A DNA stretch of 32,000 nucleotides, taken from Candidatus Delongbacteria bacterium. GTDB taxonomy: Bacteria; CAIWAD01. The notes beneath the pieces were generated by a model. The model had not been told where the DNA came from. It saw only the letters and a program-made list of their open reading frames with translations, and did not search any database. The stretch covers positions 434,779 to 466,778 of the forward strand of contig JACKCN010000001.1 in the NCBI GenBank assembly GCA_020634015.1, in the 5' to 3' direction. Position numbers and translations under genes: made by a program. Below are positions 9,413-17,608 of the stretch, one piece after another (position 1 is the stretch's first letter; the number at the start of each line of letters is the position of its first letter).

Positions 9413-9836
9413 GGTCGTATTTCAGCAGGATGCCGCAGAACGACAACAGAATCAGGTTGCGGATCACGGACTTGAGCCCCACATCCCCGGCCAGGGCTGC
9501 TCCCAGCTTGCCGAAACAGCCACAGTCGACCACGATGCCCTGGGACATCACCCAGAAGAAACTGAGGGTGAAGAAACCCAGCATCAATGTGATCCACCAG
9601 AGCCCCGCGCGTCGCGCGATGCCGCTGAGCAGGGCCAGGGCCGCCAGGGCCTCCAGCCAGGGCATCACGATCGCGGGCAGATTGCTGAAGGCGCGTGGCA
9701 CCAGCTTGAAGTTGCGGATCACGGTGGCGAAATCGTGAGGTTCGCTGATCTTGCCCCAGGCTGCCAGCAGAAACAGTCCGGCCAGCACAATGCGGCAGGT
9801 CCACAGCGTGGCCGGGTGGGCCAGGATGTGTTTCAT
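9405..9836 (-). CDS. MauE/DoxX-family integral membrane protein
   Basis: 143 aa with 4 predicted TM segments and the family-typical CGCFG motif (VVDCGCFGKLG). The ATG overlaps the rhodanese stop (ATGA, 9833-9836). Confidence 0.75.
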   Translation of the reverse strand: MKHILAHPATLWTCRIVLAGLFLLAAWGKISEPHDFATVIRNFKLVPRAFSNLPAIVMPWLEALAALALLSGIARRAGLWWITLMLGFFTLSFFWVMSQGIVVDCGCFGKLGAALAGDVGLKSVIRNLILLSFCGILLKYDRA

Positions 9837-10321
9837 CTTTCAGACTCCACGGGCATGCTGAGCTGGTTCCACTCCTCGAAACCGCCGGTGTAGATGCGCA
9901 CCTTCTGATAACCGCGCTCGATCATCAGGTCGGCCAGCTCGTGCGACAATTCGCAATCCCCGCCATCGCAGTAGAGCACCAGCAGCATGCCTTTGGGCAT
10001 GGTGAAGGGAATTTCTTCGTTGCGATAGGCATCGGTGGGCAGATTGATCGCACCCGGAATGTGTCCCTGGGAAAACTTGTCCTGGTCGCGGGCATCCACG
10101 AAGACAGCCAGTTCCTTGCTGAAGAGCGCATCCACTTCGGCGAAGGTCACCGTGGCCAGTTGGGGAGTCTGCGCCGCCACCAGAGTATCCGCGCCGGCGG
10201 CTCCGGTCTCGATCAGATCCTTGGCGATCAGCGAGAGCCCCTGGGGACGCAGGGCATTGAACGTGGTACCCAGCACGAGCGCCAGCAGGGCCATCAGCAC
10301 GAAACTTGTCAGGGTCTTCAT
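9833..10321 (-). CDS. Rhodanese-domain protein (sulfurtransferase-like), signal peptide or N-terminal anchor
   Basis: 162 aa. Hydrophobic N-terminus MKTLTSFVLMALLALVLG. Rhodanese core FVDARDQDKFSQGHIPGAINLP...LVLYCDGGDCELS (active-site Cys loop)...GGFEEW. AGGA RBS lies 7 nt upstream. Confidence 0.85.
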   Translation of the reverse strand: MKTLTSFVLMALLALVLGTTFNALRPQGLSLIAKDLIETGAAGADTLVAAQTPQLATVTFAEVDALFSKELAVFVDARDQDKFSQGHIPGAINLPTDAYRNEEIPFTMPKGMLLVLYCDGGDCELSHELADLMIERGYQKVRIYTGGFEEWNQLSMPVESER

Positions 10322-10453
10322 CGGGTTTCCTTTCTGGGTGTCGGGCTCGTGTCAGGTCCACGGATCACGGGGCGATTCACAGGATACGCCTGCGTGTCGG
10401 CCTTCAGGTCCGGGCCCAGGGCCCGGGCTTTGCCGGTCATTCCCGGCGGTTCT

Positions 10454-11032
10454 TCAGGCCAGCAGGCTGGCCACTCGCTCGCGCAATGCGGGAAGCACCT
10501 CCGCTTCGAACCAGGCGTTGCGTCGCAGCCAGAGTCCGTTCCGGGGGCTGGGGTGCGGCAGGGGCAAGGCCCGGGGCCAATGGCTGCGCCAGTCCTTCAC
10601 GGTTTCCGTCAGCGTCCTCCCAGACGATCCCAGATGCCAGGCTTGCGCGAAGGTCCCCAGCACCAAGGTGAGCTCCACCTGCGTCAGCACCTGCAGAAGT
10701 TGAGCGCGCCAGGTGGCCGCACACTCCGGGCGAGGCGCAAGATCTCCGCTGCTTCCGCTTCCCGGATAGCAGAATCCCATGGGCAGAATCGCGAAGCGCC
10801 GCCGGTCCAGAAAGACTTCCCGCGAGACGCCCAGCCATTCGCGCAGACGCTTGCCGCTGGCATCATCGAAAGGAATGCCCGTCTCGTGGACCTTTCGACC
10901 CGGGGCCTGGCCCGCGATCAGGATGCGCGCCTTTGGATGCACCTGCAGTACCGGGCGCACTCCATGTGGCAGGGCCGATTCGCACAGGGTACAGGCTCGC
11001 ACTCGGTCCAGCAGGGTCTCGAAGCCCGCCAT
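10454..11032 (-). CDS. Uracil-DNA glycosylase superfamily protein (family 4/5/6-like)
   Basis: 192 aa. Motif A-like ILIAGQAPG, then FDDASGKRLREWL, and the C-terminal HPSPRN motif (motif B, H-P-S-P). Confidence 0.8.
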   Translation of the reverse strand: MAGFETLLDRVRACTLCESALPHGVRPVLQVHPKARILIAGQAPGRKVHETGIPFDDASGKRLREWLGVSREVFLDRRRFAILPMGFCYPGSGSSGDLAPRPECAATWRAQLLQVLTQVELTLVLGTFAQAWHLGSSGRTLTETVKDWRSHWPRALPLPHPSPRNGLWLRRNAWFEAEVLPALRERVASLLA

Positions 11033-11090
11033 GCCTGTTCCTTACCTCCACTGTGACTCGGTCCAGTGCAGGCCCGGGGTCGGATGGGGC

Positions 11091-11612
11091 CTACAGACAG
11101 CGGATCACGAAGGCCGGACCCTGCTGGCCGCCCGGCATCCGTCCGGCCAGATGGCGCGTATCCAGAGTGAATCCGCTGCTGCTCTGGAACAGCATGTCCA
11201 GCAGGGGCACCAGCATCTCGGAAGCCATCCGGTTGCCCGCCTGGGGCACGGCCACCCGTGCTCGTCGTGCGATGAAGTAGAGCGGGGCGCGCAGCGGTGG
11301 CAGATACATCACGAAGGGCAACTCGCCCCGATCGGGACGGGCCAGGCTGAGAAAACGAGCCGGTTGCCCCGAGACCACGCTGCGCGCAGCCTCCAGCCGT
11401 TTCCAACTGGTCCAGATGCCCAGCTTGAGTCCGCCAAACAGCACCAACCACACCAGCGCCGCTTCGATGTGCCAGCGGCTCAGCAGCCAGAGCGCCAGCA
11501 GGGCCAGCGACAGGGTCAGCAACTGCATCAGGCGTGGCCCCCCGGGAAACAACACGCTGACAAGGGACAGCGAACAGAGGACGACCAGCAGGAAACCCAG
11601 CGCGATGCCCAT
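11091..11612 (-). CDS. Hypothetical membrane protein (3 N-terminal TM helices plus roughly 90-aa soluble tail)
   Basis: ORF 11091..11738 trimmed to ATG 11612, which has AGGAG 7 nt upstream. MGIALGFLLVVLCSLSLVSVLF... No family is recognised by eye. The layout resembles bacterial PH-domain (DUF304-like) proteins, but this is not demonstrated. Confidence 0.55.
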   Translation of the reverse strand: MGIALGFLLVVLCSLSLVSVLFPGGPRLMQLLTLSLALLALWLLSRWHIEAALVWLVLFGGLKLGIWTSWKRLEAARSVVSGQPARFLSLARPDRGELPFVMYLPPLRAPLYFIARRARVAVPQAGNRMASEMLVPLLDMLFQSSSGFTLDTRHLAGRMPGGQQGPAFVIRCL

Positions 11613-11882
11613 TCTGACACTCCTGTTGGCGACGCGACCTGTTGCAAACACCCGGGTCGTCTGCGGGTTCCCGGAAATCCTGGTACAGCAGCTTCGGGCC
11701 GGGGCGAGCAAAATGCACAACCGGTGGCAGGCGGGCAATGCCTGCTACCTGCCCGCGGCTGCGCCGCAGCATGCCGGATGGAAATTGTGAGGACAGAGTT
11801 GTCTCTGGCAACTCCGCCTCCGGTTGGCTATCGTGACAGCCGGTTCCCAACCGCTTTGCACAGCACAGACAACCTGTCCGTC

Positions 11883-11899
11883 GTTCCGGAATCCGGAGT
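11883..11899. promoter_or_regulatory. Near-palindromic 17-mer GTTCCGGAATCCGGAGT upstream of the M4 protease gene (candidate operator)
   Basis: Its end lies 30 nt upstream of the protease ATG. It is 14/17 identical to GTTCCGGAATTCGGAAC at 23661-23677, upstream of the hybrid kinase. It contains the 8-bp palindrome TTCCGGAA. Confidence 0.25.
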
Positions 11900-11928
11900 G
11901 GCGGCTTCATCCTGTTCAGGAGACCCCG

Positions 11929-14877
11929 ATGTCTTGTTCTCATCCGTCCTTCCGTCGTGCCCTGCAGCTGGGCAGTTGCCTGTTGGCTCTGGGGTTGGTG
12001 CCACTGGGCAGTGCCCTTCCCGGGACTGCCGTGCGCAGCGCGGATGGGGCCCATCTGGCGGCCCTGATCGGCAGCCCCGGTGCTCCTCTCTGGCCGGCCT
12101 CGGGCAGTGCGGTCGCCACGGCACGGGCTTTCGTGCAGACCTGGGGAGATGCACTGGAACTGCAATCCCAGGGTATTGACCTGCAGCTCAAGCGCCAGGG
12201 CAAGGATCCCGCAGGAGCCGAGCATCTGGCCTATGACCTGTTCTACAAGAATCGTCTGCTCTTCGGGCAGGGAGTGGTGCTGCACTTCGACAGCAAGGGC
12301 GCGCTGGTCTCGCTCAACGGCCGTGTGCCCCGTCTGCCGGGCAAGGTGGACGCGGGTCAGCCGATTGACGTGCAGCAGGTCGCCGACCGTCTGATGGACG
12401 TGACCCGTGACTGGAACCCGCGGATCGGCAAGGCCGAACTGGTCTGGGTCAACCTGGCCTGGCTGGGCCTGCCCGACTCGGGCCTGCGTCTGGCCTGGCA
12501 CATCGAGGGCGCCGATTTCGAGCGCGCCGTCGAGCAGGCGATCCTGGTGGATGCGCTCTCGGGCGAACTGATGAATTCCTGGAGCCTGATCCACACGGTG
12601 CAGGACCGGCGGATCTACAATGGCAATGGCGGCTCGGCGCTGCCCGGCACCCTCGCACGCAGCGAGGGGCAGGCGGCCACCGGCAATTTCGACATCGACG
12701 CGGCCTACGACTACTACGGTGACACATACGGATACTTCTGGCGTGGTCACGGGCGCGACAGCATCGATGGGCTGGGCCTGCCGATGGTGGCCACCACCCA
12801 TTCCACCTCGCCGCCCTGCCCCAACGCCTACTGGAGCGATGGCCTGCAGCAGATGGTGTTCTGCAACGGCACCGTCACCGACGACGTGGTGGCCCACGAA
12901 CTGACCCACGGTGTCACCAGCAACACCGCCGGGCTGATCTACCAGAACCAGTCGGGCCAGCTCAACGAAAGCTTCTCCGACGTGTTCGGCGAGCTGGTGG
13001 ACCTGTACAATGGCGACGCCAGCGTGGCCGGTGCCCCCGGTGGAGTCGCCTGGCCGGCACACGGCACGGGCCCCGGGCTGGATACACCCAACAACGCCCG
13101 CAGCAGTTGCAGCACCAGTCACACGGACGGTGTGCGCTGGCTGATCGGCGAAGATGCCGCGGCCTTCGGGGGTGAGATCCGCGACATGTGGGATCCCACC
13201 TGCCTGGGCGACCCGGATTACGCCAACAGCCCGCTGCAGACCTGCCCTTCCGGTGACTCGGGCGGTGTGCACTCGGGCAGCGGCATTCCCAATCACGCCT
13301 TCGCGATTCTGGTGGACGGCAAGGACTACAACGGCTATTCGGTCAGTGGCATCGGCACGATCAAGGCCGGGGCGATCTGGTACCAGACCCTGGCCTGGTA
13401 CCTGGTGCCCTCCTCCGATTTCGAGGACGCCTATCTGGCCTTCAATCTGGCTGGCAGCTCGCTGCTGGGAGTGAACCTGGCCGATCCGCGCACGGGCCTG
13501 GCCTCCGGCCACATTGTGGACAGTTCGGACCTTGTCCAGCTTGACCGTGCCCTGCGCGCGGTGGAAATGAACACCGAAGGCGCCTGCGGCGGTGGCAGTT
13601 CGGTGCTGAGTTCCGATGAAATCAGCGCCTGCCCCGCGGGTGACACATTCTTCAGCGAGGACTTCGAGGCGGGTCTGGGCAGCTGGACCGTGTCACACAG
13701 CGCCATGCCCACTCCCTACGACTGGGTCGGCGCCGGCAACCTGCCCGTAGGGCGCGCGGGCAACGCCGCCTGGTGCGAAGACCGCAACGTGGGTGATTGT
13801 GCGGGACAGGACGAGACGGGCAGCCATACCCTGACCAGTCCATGGATCCAGTGTGGCACGTTGGCTGGTCGCCCGCTGCTCTCCTTCCGGCACTTCGTGA
13901 ACACCGAGGGTGGCTACGATGGCTGCATCGTGCAGGTGCAGACTGCCGCTGGTACCACGACACTGGGCTTCGATGCCTGGCTCTTCAATCCGCCCAACGC
14001 TCCCCTGAATGCTGGCAATCCCTTCAGCGGCATCCCGGGTTTCACGGGCAACACCTCGAGCTGGGGGCACTCACTGGCGGACCTCGGACCCGTATTGGCC
14101 GGGGCCGACAGCCTGCGTCTGGTCTTCAGCCTGGGCAAGGACGGCTGCACGGGCAGCACGGGCTGGTATGTGGATGATGTGCGCCTGATCGATTGTGGCG
14201 ACTGTGACCAGGACGGCAATGACGACCAGTCGCAGTTCCTGGTCTCGGGCACCCACTTCATGCCCATGCCCTCGACCCTCTTCGGCGAGAGCTGGAGTCC
14301 GGGTGATCTGCCGCCGGCCGATGACACCGTCACTCTGTGTGTCAGCGCGCGCGGCGACCTGAGTTCCCCGACCGAATCGGTCACGGTGGACCTGAACGGC
14401 ACCGTGCTGGGCACCCTCTTCGCCAGCGGCGCCTCCGACTGCCCCGGCAGCCCCTCCCGCCGGGAACTGGACCTGAGTCCCGCGGTGTTCAACGCGGCCC
14501 TCGGCGCCGGTGCGGACGTGTTCGGTTTCCATTCCTCGTCCGATGTCAACACCACGCTCTGTGGGCCGAGCAATCACATGGTGGTGACCCTGAAGTACCG
14601 GCACGGCAGCGCGGGTGATCTGGACAACGACTGGATCCCCGATGGCTGCCAGTCCCTGCTGCCGGCACCTGCCGCCGAACTGAGCTACAGCGGCAATTCG
14701 CTGACGCTCAGCTGGAACCCGGTACCCGGCGCCAGTTCCTACCGTGTGCTGGTGACCGTGGATGGAGTGGTTGAAGATCTGGGCACCACCGCCGCCACCA
14801 GCATGGATCTGAGTTCGCGTCTGGCCGTCGGGCCATCCAATCAGGTGGAAACCGTGCGCGTGATCGCACTGGACTGA
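11929..14877 (+). CDS. Secreted M4 (thermolysin/vibriolysin-like) zinc metalloprotease with propeptide and long C-terminal extension (jelly-roll/MAM-like region, DxDxDG loops, FN3-like end module)
   Basis: ORF 11824..14877 trimmed to ATG 11929 (AGGAG 6 nt upstream). Signal peptide MSCSHPSFRRALQLGSCLLALGLVPLGSA. M4 catalytic motifs are VVAHELTHGV (HExxH), GQLNESFSDVFG (third zinc ligand Glu) and GGVHSGSGIPNHAF. C-terminal end: LTLSWNPVPGASSYRVLV. Confidence 0.9.
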   Translation: MSCSHPSFRRALQLGSCLLALGLVPLGSALPGTAVRSADGAHLAALIGSPGAPLWPASGSAVATARAFVQTWGDALELQSQGIDLQLKRQGKDPAGAEHLAYDLFYKNRLLFGQGVVLHFDSKGALVSLNGRVPRLPGKVDAGQPIDVQQVADRLMDVTRDWNPRIGKAELVWVNLAWLGLPDSGLRLAWHIEGADFERAVEQAILVDALSGELMNSWSLIHTVQDRRIYNGNGGSALPGTLARSEGQAATGNFDIDAAYDYYGDTYGYFWRGHGRDSIDGLGLPMVATTHSTSPPCPNAYWSDGLQQMVFCNGTVTDDVVAHELTHGVTSNTAGLIYQNQSGQLNESFSDVFGELVDLYNGDASVAGAPGGVAWPAHGTGPGLDTPNNARSSCSTSHTDGVRWLIGEDAAAFGGEIRDMWDPTCLGDPDYANSPLQTCPSGDSGGVHSGSGIPNHAFAILVDGKDYNGYSVSGIGTIKAGAIWYQTLAWYLVPSSDFEDAYLAFNLAGSSLLGVNLADPRTGLASGHIVDSSDLVQLDRALRAVEMNTEGACGGGSSVLSSDEISACPAGDTFFSEDFEAGLGSWTVSHSAMPTPYDWVGAGNLPVGRAGNAAWCEDRNVGDCAGQDETGSHTLTSPWIQCGTLAGRPLLSFRHFVNTEGGYDGCIVQVQTAAGTTTLGFDAWLFNPPNAPLNAGNPFSGIPGFTGNTSSWGHSLADLGPVLAGADSLRLVFSLGKDGCTGSTGWYVDDVRLIDCGDCDQDGNDDQSQFLVSGTHFMPMPSTLFGESWSPGDLPPADDTVTLCVSARGDLSSPTESVTVDLNGTVLGTLFASGASDCPGSPSRRELDLSPAVFNAALGAGADVFGFHSSSDVNTTLCGPSNHMVVTLKYRHGSAGDLDNDWIPDGCQSLLPAPAAELSYSGNSLTLSWNPVPGASSYRVLVTVDGVVEDLGTTAATSMDLSSRLAVGPSNQVETVRVIALD

Positions 14878-14900
14878 GCTCCGGATCTTGTCCACAAGAC

Positions 14901-14935
14901 ATCGGGCCGGACGTCCATGGGACGTCCGGCCCGAT
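14901..14935. terminator. Bidirectional intrinsic terminator between the convergent protease and PLD genes
   Basis: Perfect 15-bp stem ATCGGGCCGGACGTC (14901-14915) / GACGTCCGGCCCGAT (14921-14935) with a 5-nt loop CATGG. TCTCT follows on the + strand, and a T-containing tail (GTCTTGTGG) follows on the - strand. Confidence 0.7.
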
Positions 14936-14985
14936 TCTCTCCCGGGGGAGCTGGAGGCACGATTCGTGTGTCTCGTGCGCCAGGC

Positions 14986-17403
14986 TCAGGGACCGACCAC
15001 GACCACCCGGTAGAGCGCCAGCGAAGGGGCGGCCGGCAGCAGTTCCGCATGACCGGTGCCCGTGACGGTGGCGACCAGGGTGGCCGGCGACAGGGGCTGA
15101 GCCGGATCGCTCAGGCGATGAACCTGATAGGCCAGTGCCTGGGGAACGGCCGACCAGCTCAGGCTGAGAAAGCTGCCAGAATGAGTGATCTGCAGGTCCG
15201 TGACCGACTGCAGGGGCGGAATCAGGTCGGCCAGGCTGCGCGGCTCAAGTTTGGGCAGGTCGAAACTCCAGTGCATGGTGCCGATGATCGCGCCAAAGGA
15301 TTCGCCGACCGAAGGGGTATGGGCGAAGTTGAGATCATCCACCACCAGGCTGGCGCCACTGTCCATCACTTCCCACTCACCGAAGCCCAGGTCGGTCTGA
15401 CTGACGGTGACCGACGGGACCCGCACCAGCACACTTTCCCAGTCCTCGAGCGCGGCCGTGGCACAATCGATCTCGACCGGTTCGGGAAGAGCTGCCGTGC
15501 CGATCACACCGAAGGCGCTCACGGAGGTGATTTCCGTGAGCCCGAAGTACTCGCTGACCGTGCCCGTCACGCTCACACGATCGCCGATCTGGGCACTCTG
15601 CCCCGGAGCGTAGACATGCACGCCATTCCAGGCTCCGGCAGCATCCTGAACCACCCAGGCATTGCCCGCCAGGGCCGCCGCCACCACCGTGCCCTCGATC
15701 ATCACGCTTTGCCCCGCCAAGGGCGAATCCCCCGAGGGATCCGTGGTGTACTGGATCTCATGGATCGCGGTGGGCACGACCTGCACCGATCCATAACGGG
15801 CCACGAATTCCTGATAGTACTGGTTGGCCAGATTGGCGTCGTGCAGCACCAGCAGGTTCTCGTCGTTGACCGTGTTGGCCGCCGTGCTGTAATTCGTGCT
15901 GCCCATGATCACCACCGGATCGCTGTCGGGATGATTGGCATCGATCAGGATGTACTTGTGATGCAGCAGGCCGCCCAGATTGTCAAGGATCACGGGGGCG
16001 GGCGGGCTCCAGGGACTGCTGCCCGTGCCGGTCATGTTGTTGTATTGTGAGTACACGTCGATCTGGTCGGCATCAAAGACTCCCTCGACCAGCACGCCGG
16101 CCTGATGCCGGGCGCGCATCGCGTCGGCCACGTCGATCCGGGTGAAGGAAAAGGCGCAGAACTGGATCTCATGGTCGGCGCTGGCCAGCAGGCTGGCGAT
16201 GTTGCTCATGACCGCATCGCTGGGCGAGAAGAAACTCTGCACCGCAATGCTGTCCACCTGGGCGCTGTGCGAGGTGTTGTTGGTCTTGCGTGAGCCAAAC
16301 CGGCTGAGGCTGGCATTGGGTGTGTCGCCGCTGGACCCCCACATCTCGTCGAATTCCGCGGTGTAGATCGCGGCCAGCGCATCGGACTGGATCACCATCA
16401 GATTGTTGGCGTCGTTGTTCAGACCACCGGCATTGTAATTCCAGGAACCGGAGCTGAGCACGGCCTGGCCCGCCGGAGCGCCGGCCCGGGCGTCCGCGAT
16501 CAGAATCTTGTTGTGCATCAGGCCCGTGCCGTCATTGAGACCGAATTCGTCGTCGATCACCGGAATGCCCGCGCTCTCCAGCGAGCTCAACACACTGCCG
16601 CTGTGATAGTCCGCCTCGGTGATCACGCGCACGACCACTCCCCGTGAATGAGCGGCCAGGATCGCGTTGCCGATCTGGCTGTCGGTCAGCGAATAGAGAC
16701 ACACGTCCAGCGAGTGCTGGCTCCCGTTGATCAGCGCAAGAGCCGGGGTGTAGAAGTTGGCGTTGCCGTTCGCGGGCTGCCAGCTGGCCACGGCGGTATT
16801 GACCGTGCGATTGAAGTACACGCTCACGGCCCCGGTCGTGGGCGGCTGTGTGCCTCCGTCGGATTGAGGAGTGGGCGCCTGCACCACGAAATCCGCGGGA
16901 CAGTCGTCGCTGTCGCTGCCGCTGGGCTGGCGGGCCATCGAGGAACCCGAAGGCGTGGATCCAAAGGACACCACGCCGGGAAAGGAGCCCCCCTCCCAGG
17001 CCACCGCATCGACGATGCCAGTGTATGGGCCCGTGCTCAGGATCAGCTCGTCGCCCGTATTGCCCAGGGCGAAAGCGGCCACCAGATCGGGAGCGAATCC
17101 GAAGACCGTGGTGAAGGTGGCGGCGTCCTTGGCGATGACCAGTCGCTGGCCCGCCCCGAGCACGGTCCCGGCGGGCAACTGGCCGTAATACTCGCCACCG
17201 CCGGATGTTTCCTCATCGCCGAAGTACCAGCCGGACAGATCGACCGCGGCCGCCGTGGGATTGTAGAGTTCGACGAATTCATCCAGGTCGCCGCTGACTT
17301 CGCCATCGTAGAACACTTCATCGATGACAACGTGGGACGCGATCTGGGCCGGGGCCAGACCGGCCAGGCACAGCAGCAGAGCAAGGGAAAAGGACGCGCG
17401 CAT
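14986..17403 (-). CDS. Secreted lamin-tail-domain (LTD) protein with two HKD phospholipase-D-family motifs, an ExeM/NucH-like OB module and a C-terminal FN3-like module; putative extracellular nuclease
   Basis: ORF 14986..17499 trimmed to ATG 17403. Signal peptide MRASFSLALLLCLAGLAPAQI. LTD signature VVIDEVFYDG...DEFVELYNPTAAAVDLSGWYFGD. HKD 1 is GLMHNKILIAD and HKD 2 is GLLHHKYILID. OB-like module: IHEIQYTTDPSGDSPLAGQSVMIEGTVV...IGDRVSVTGTVSEYFGLTEI. End module: FLSLSWSAVPQALAYQVHRL. Confidence 0.85.
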   Translation of the reverse strand: MRASFSLALLLCLAGLAPAQIASHVVIDEVFYDGEVSGDLDEFVELYNPTAAAVDLSGWYFGDEETSGGGEYYGQLPAGTVLGAGQRLVIAKDAATFTTVFGFAPDLVAAFALGNTGDELILSTGPYTGIVDAVAWEGGSFPGVVSFGSTPSGSSMARQPSGSDSDDCPADFVVQAPTPQSDGGTQPPTTGAVSVYFNRTVNTAVASWQPANGNANFYTPALALINGSQHSLDVCLYSLTDSQIGNAILAAHSRGVVVRVITEADYHSGSVLSSLESAGIPVIDDEFGLNDGTGLMHNKILIADARAGAPAGQAVLSSGSWNYNAGGLNNDANNLMVIQSDALAAIYTAEFDEMWGSSGDTPNASLSRFGSRKTNNTSHSAQVDSIAVQSFFSPSDAVMSNIASLLASADHEIQFCAFSFTRIDVADAMRARHQAGVLVEGVFDADQIDVYSQYNNMTGTGSSPWSPPAPVILDNLGGLLHHKYILIDANHPDSDPVVIMGSTNYSTAANTVNDENLLVLHDANLANQYYQEFVARYGSVQVVPTAIHEIQYTTDPSGDSPLAGQSVMIEGTVVAAALAGNAWVVQDAAGAWNGVHVYAPGQSAQIGDRVSVTGTVSEYFGLTEITSVSAFGVIGTAALPEPVEIDCATAALEDWESVLVRVPSVTVSQTDLGFGEWEVMDSGASLVVDDLNFAHTPSVGESFGAIIGTMHWSFDLPKLEPRSLADLIPPLQSVTDLQITHSGSFLSLSWSAVPQALAYQVHRLSDPAQPLSPATLVATVTGTGHAELLPAAPSLALYRVVVVGP

Positions 17404-17608
17404 GATGTCGGTTCCTGGAGTTCGGTCCACTCTCCCGGTGCGGCAGGAGGCGGAGACGGGTGCTGGAAATCGGGTCGTTGGGTGCGTGGAAGGAGCCAAT
17501 CGGCGGGCTCGCAGTCAATCTTTTTGTCCTCAGGAGGAATTTCCCGCCCCGGGCGTCCGGCGTCCGGGGGCCCGATTCGCTACATTCCGGCCGTTCAAGG
17601 AAGCGGCC

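Noticed and set aside
10410-10426. GC palindrome CCGGGCCC-A-GGGCCCGG downstream of the UDG gene, as a terminator
   Set aside because: With a 1-nt centre, it can only form a shorter stem with a tiny loop. There is no T-tract on the minus strand, where the UDG transcript would end. It may be structural, but it is not a convincing intrinsic terminator.
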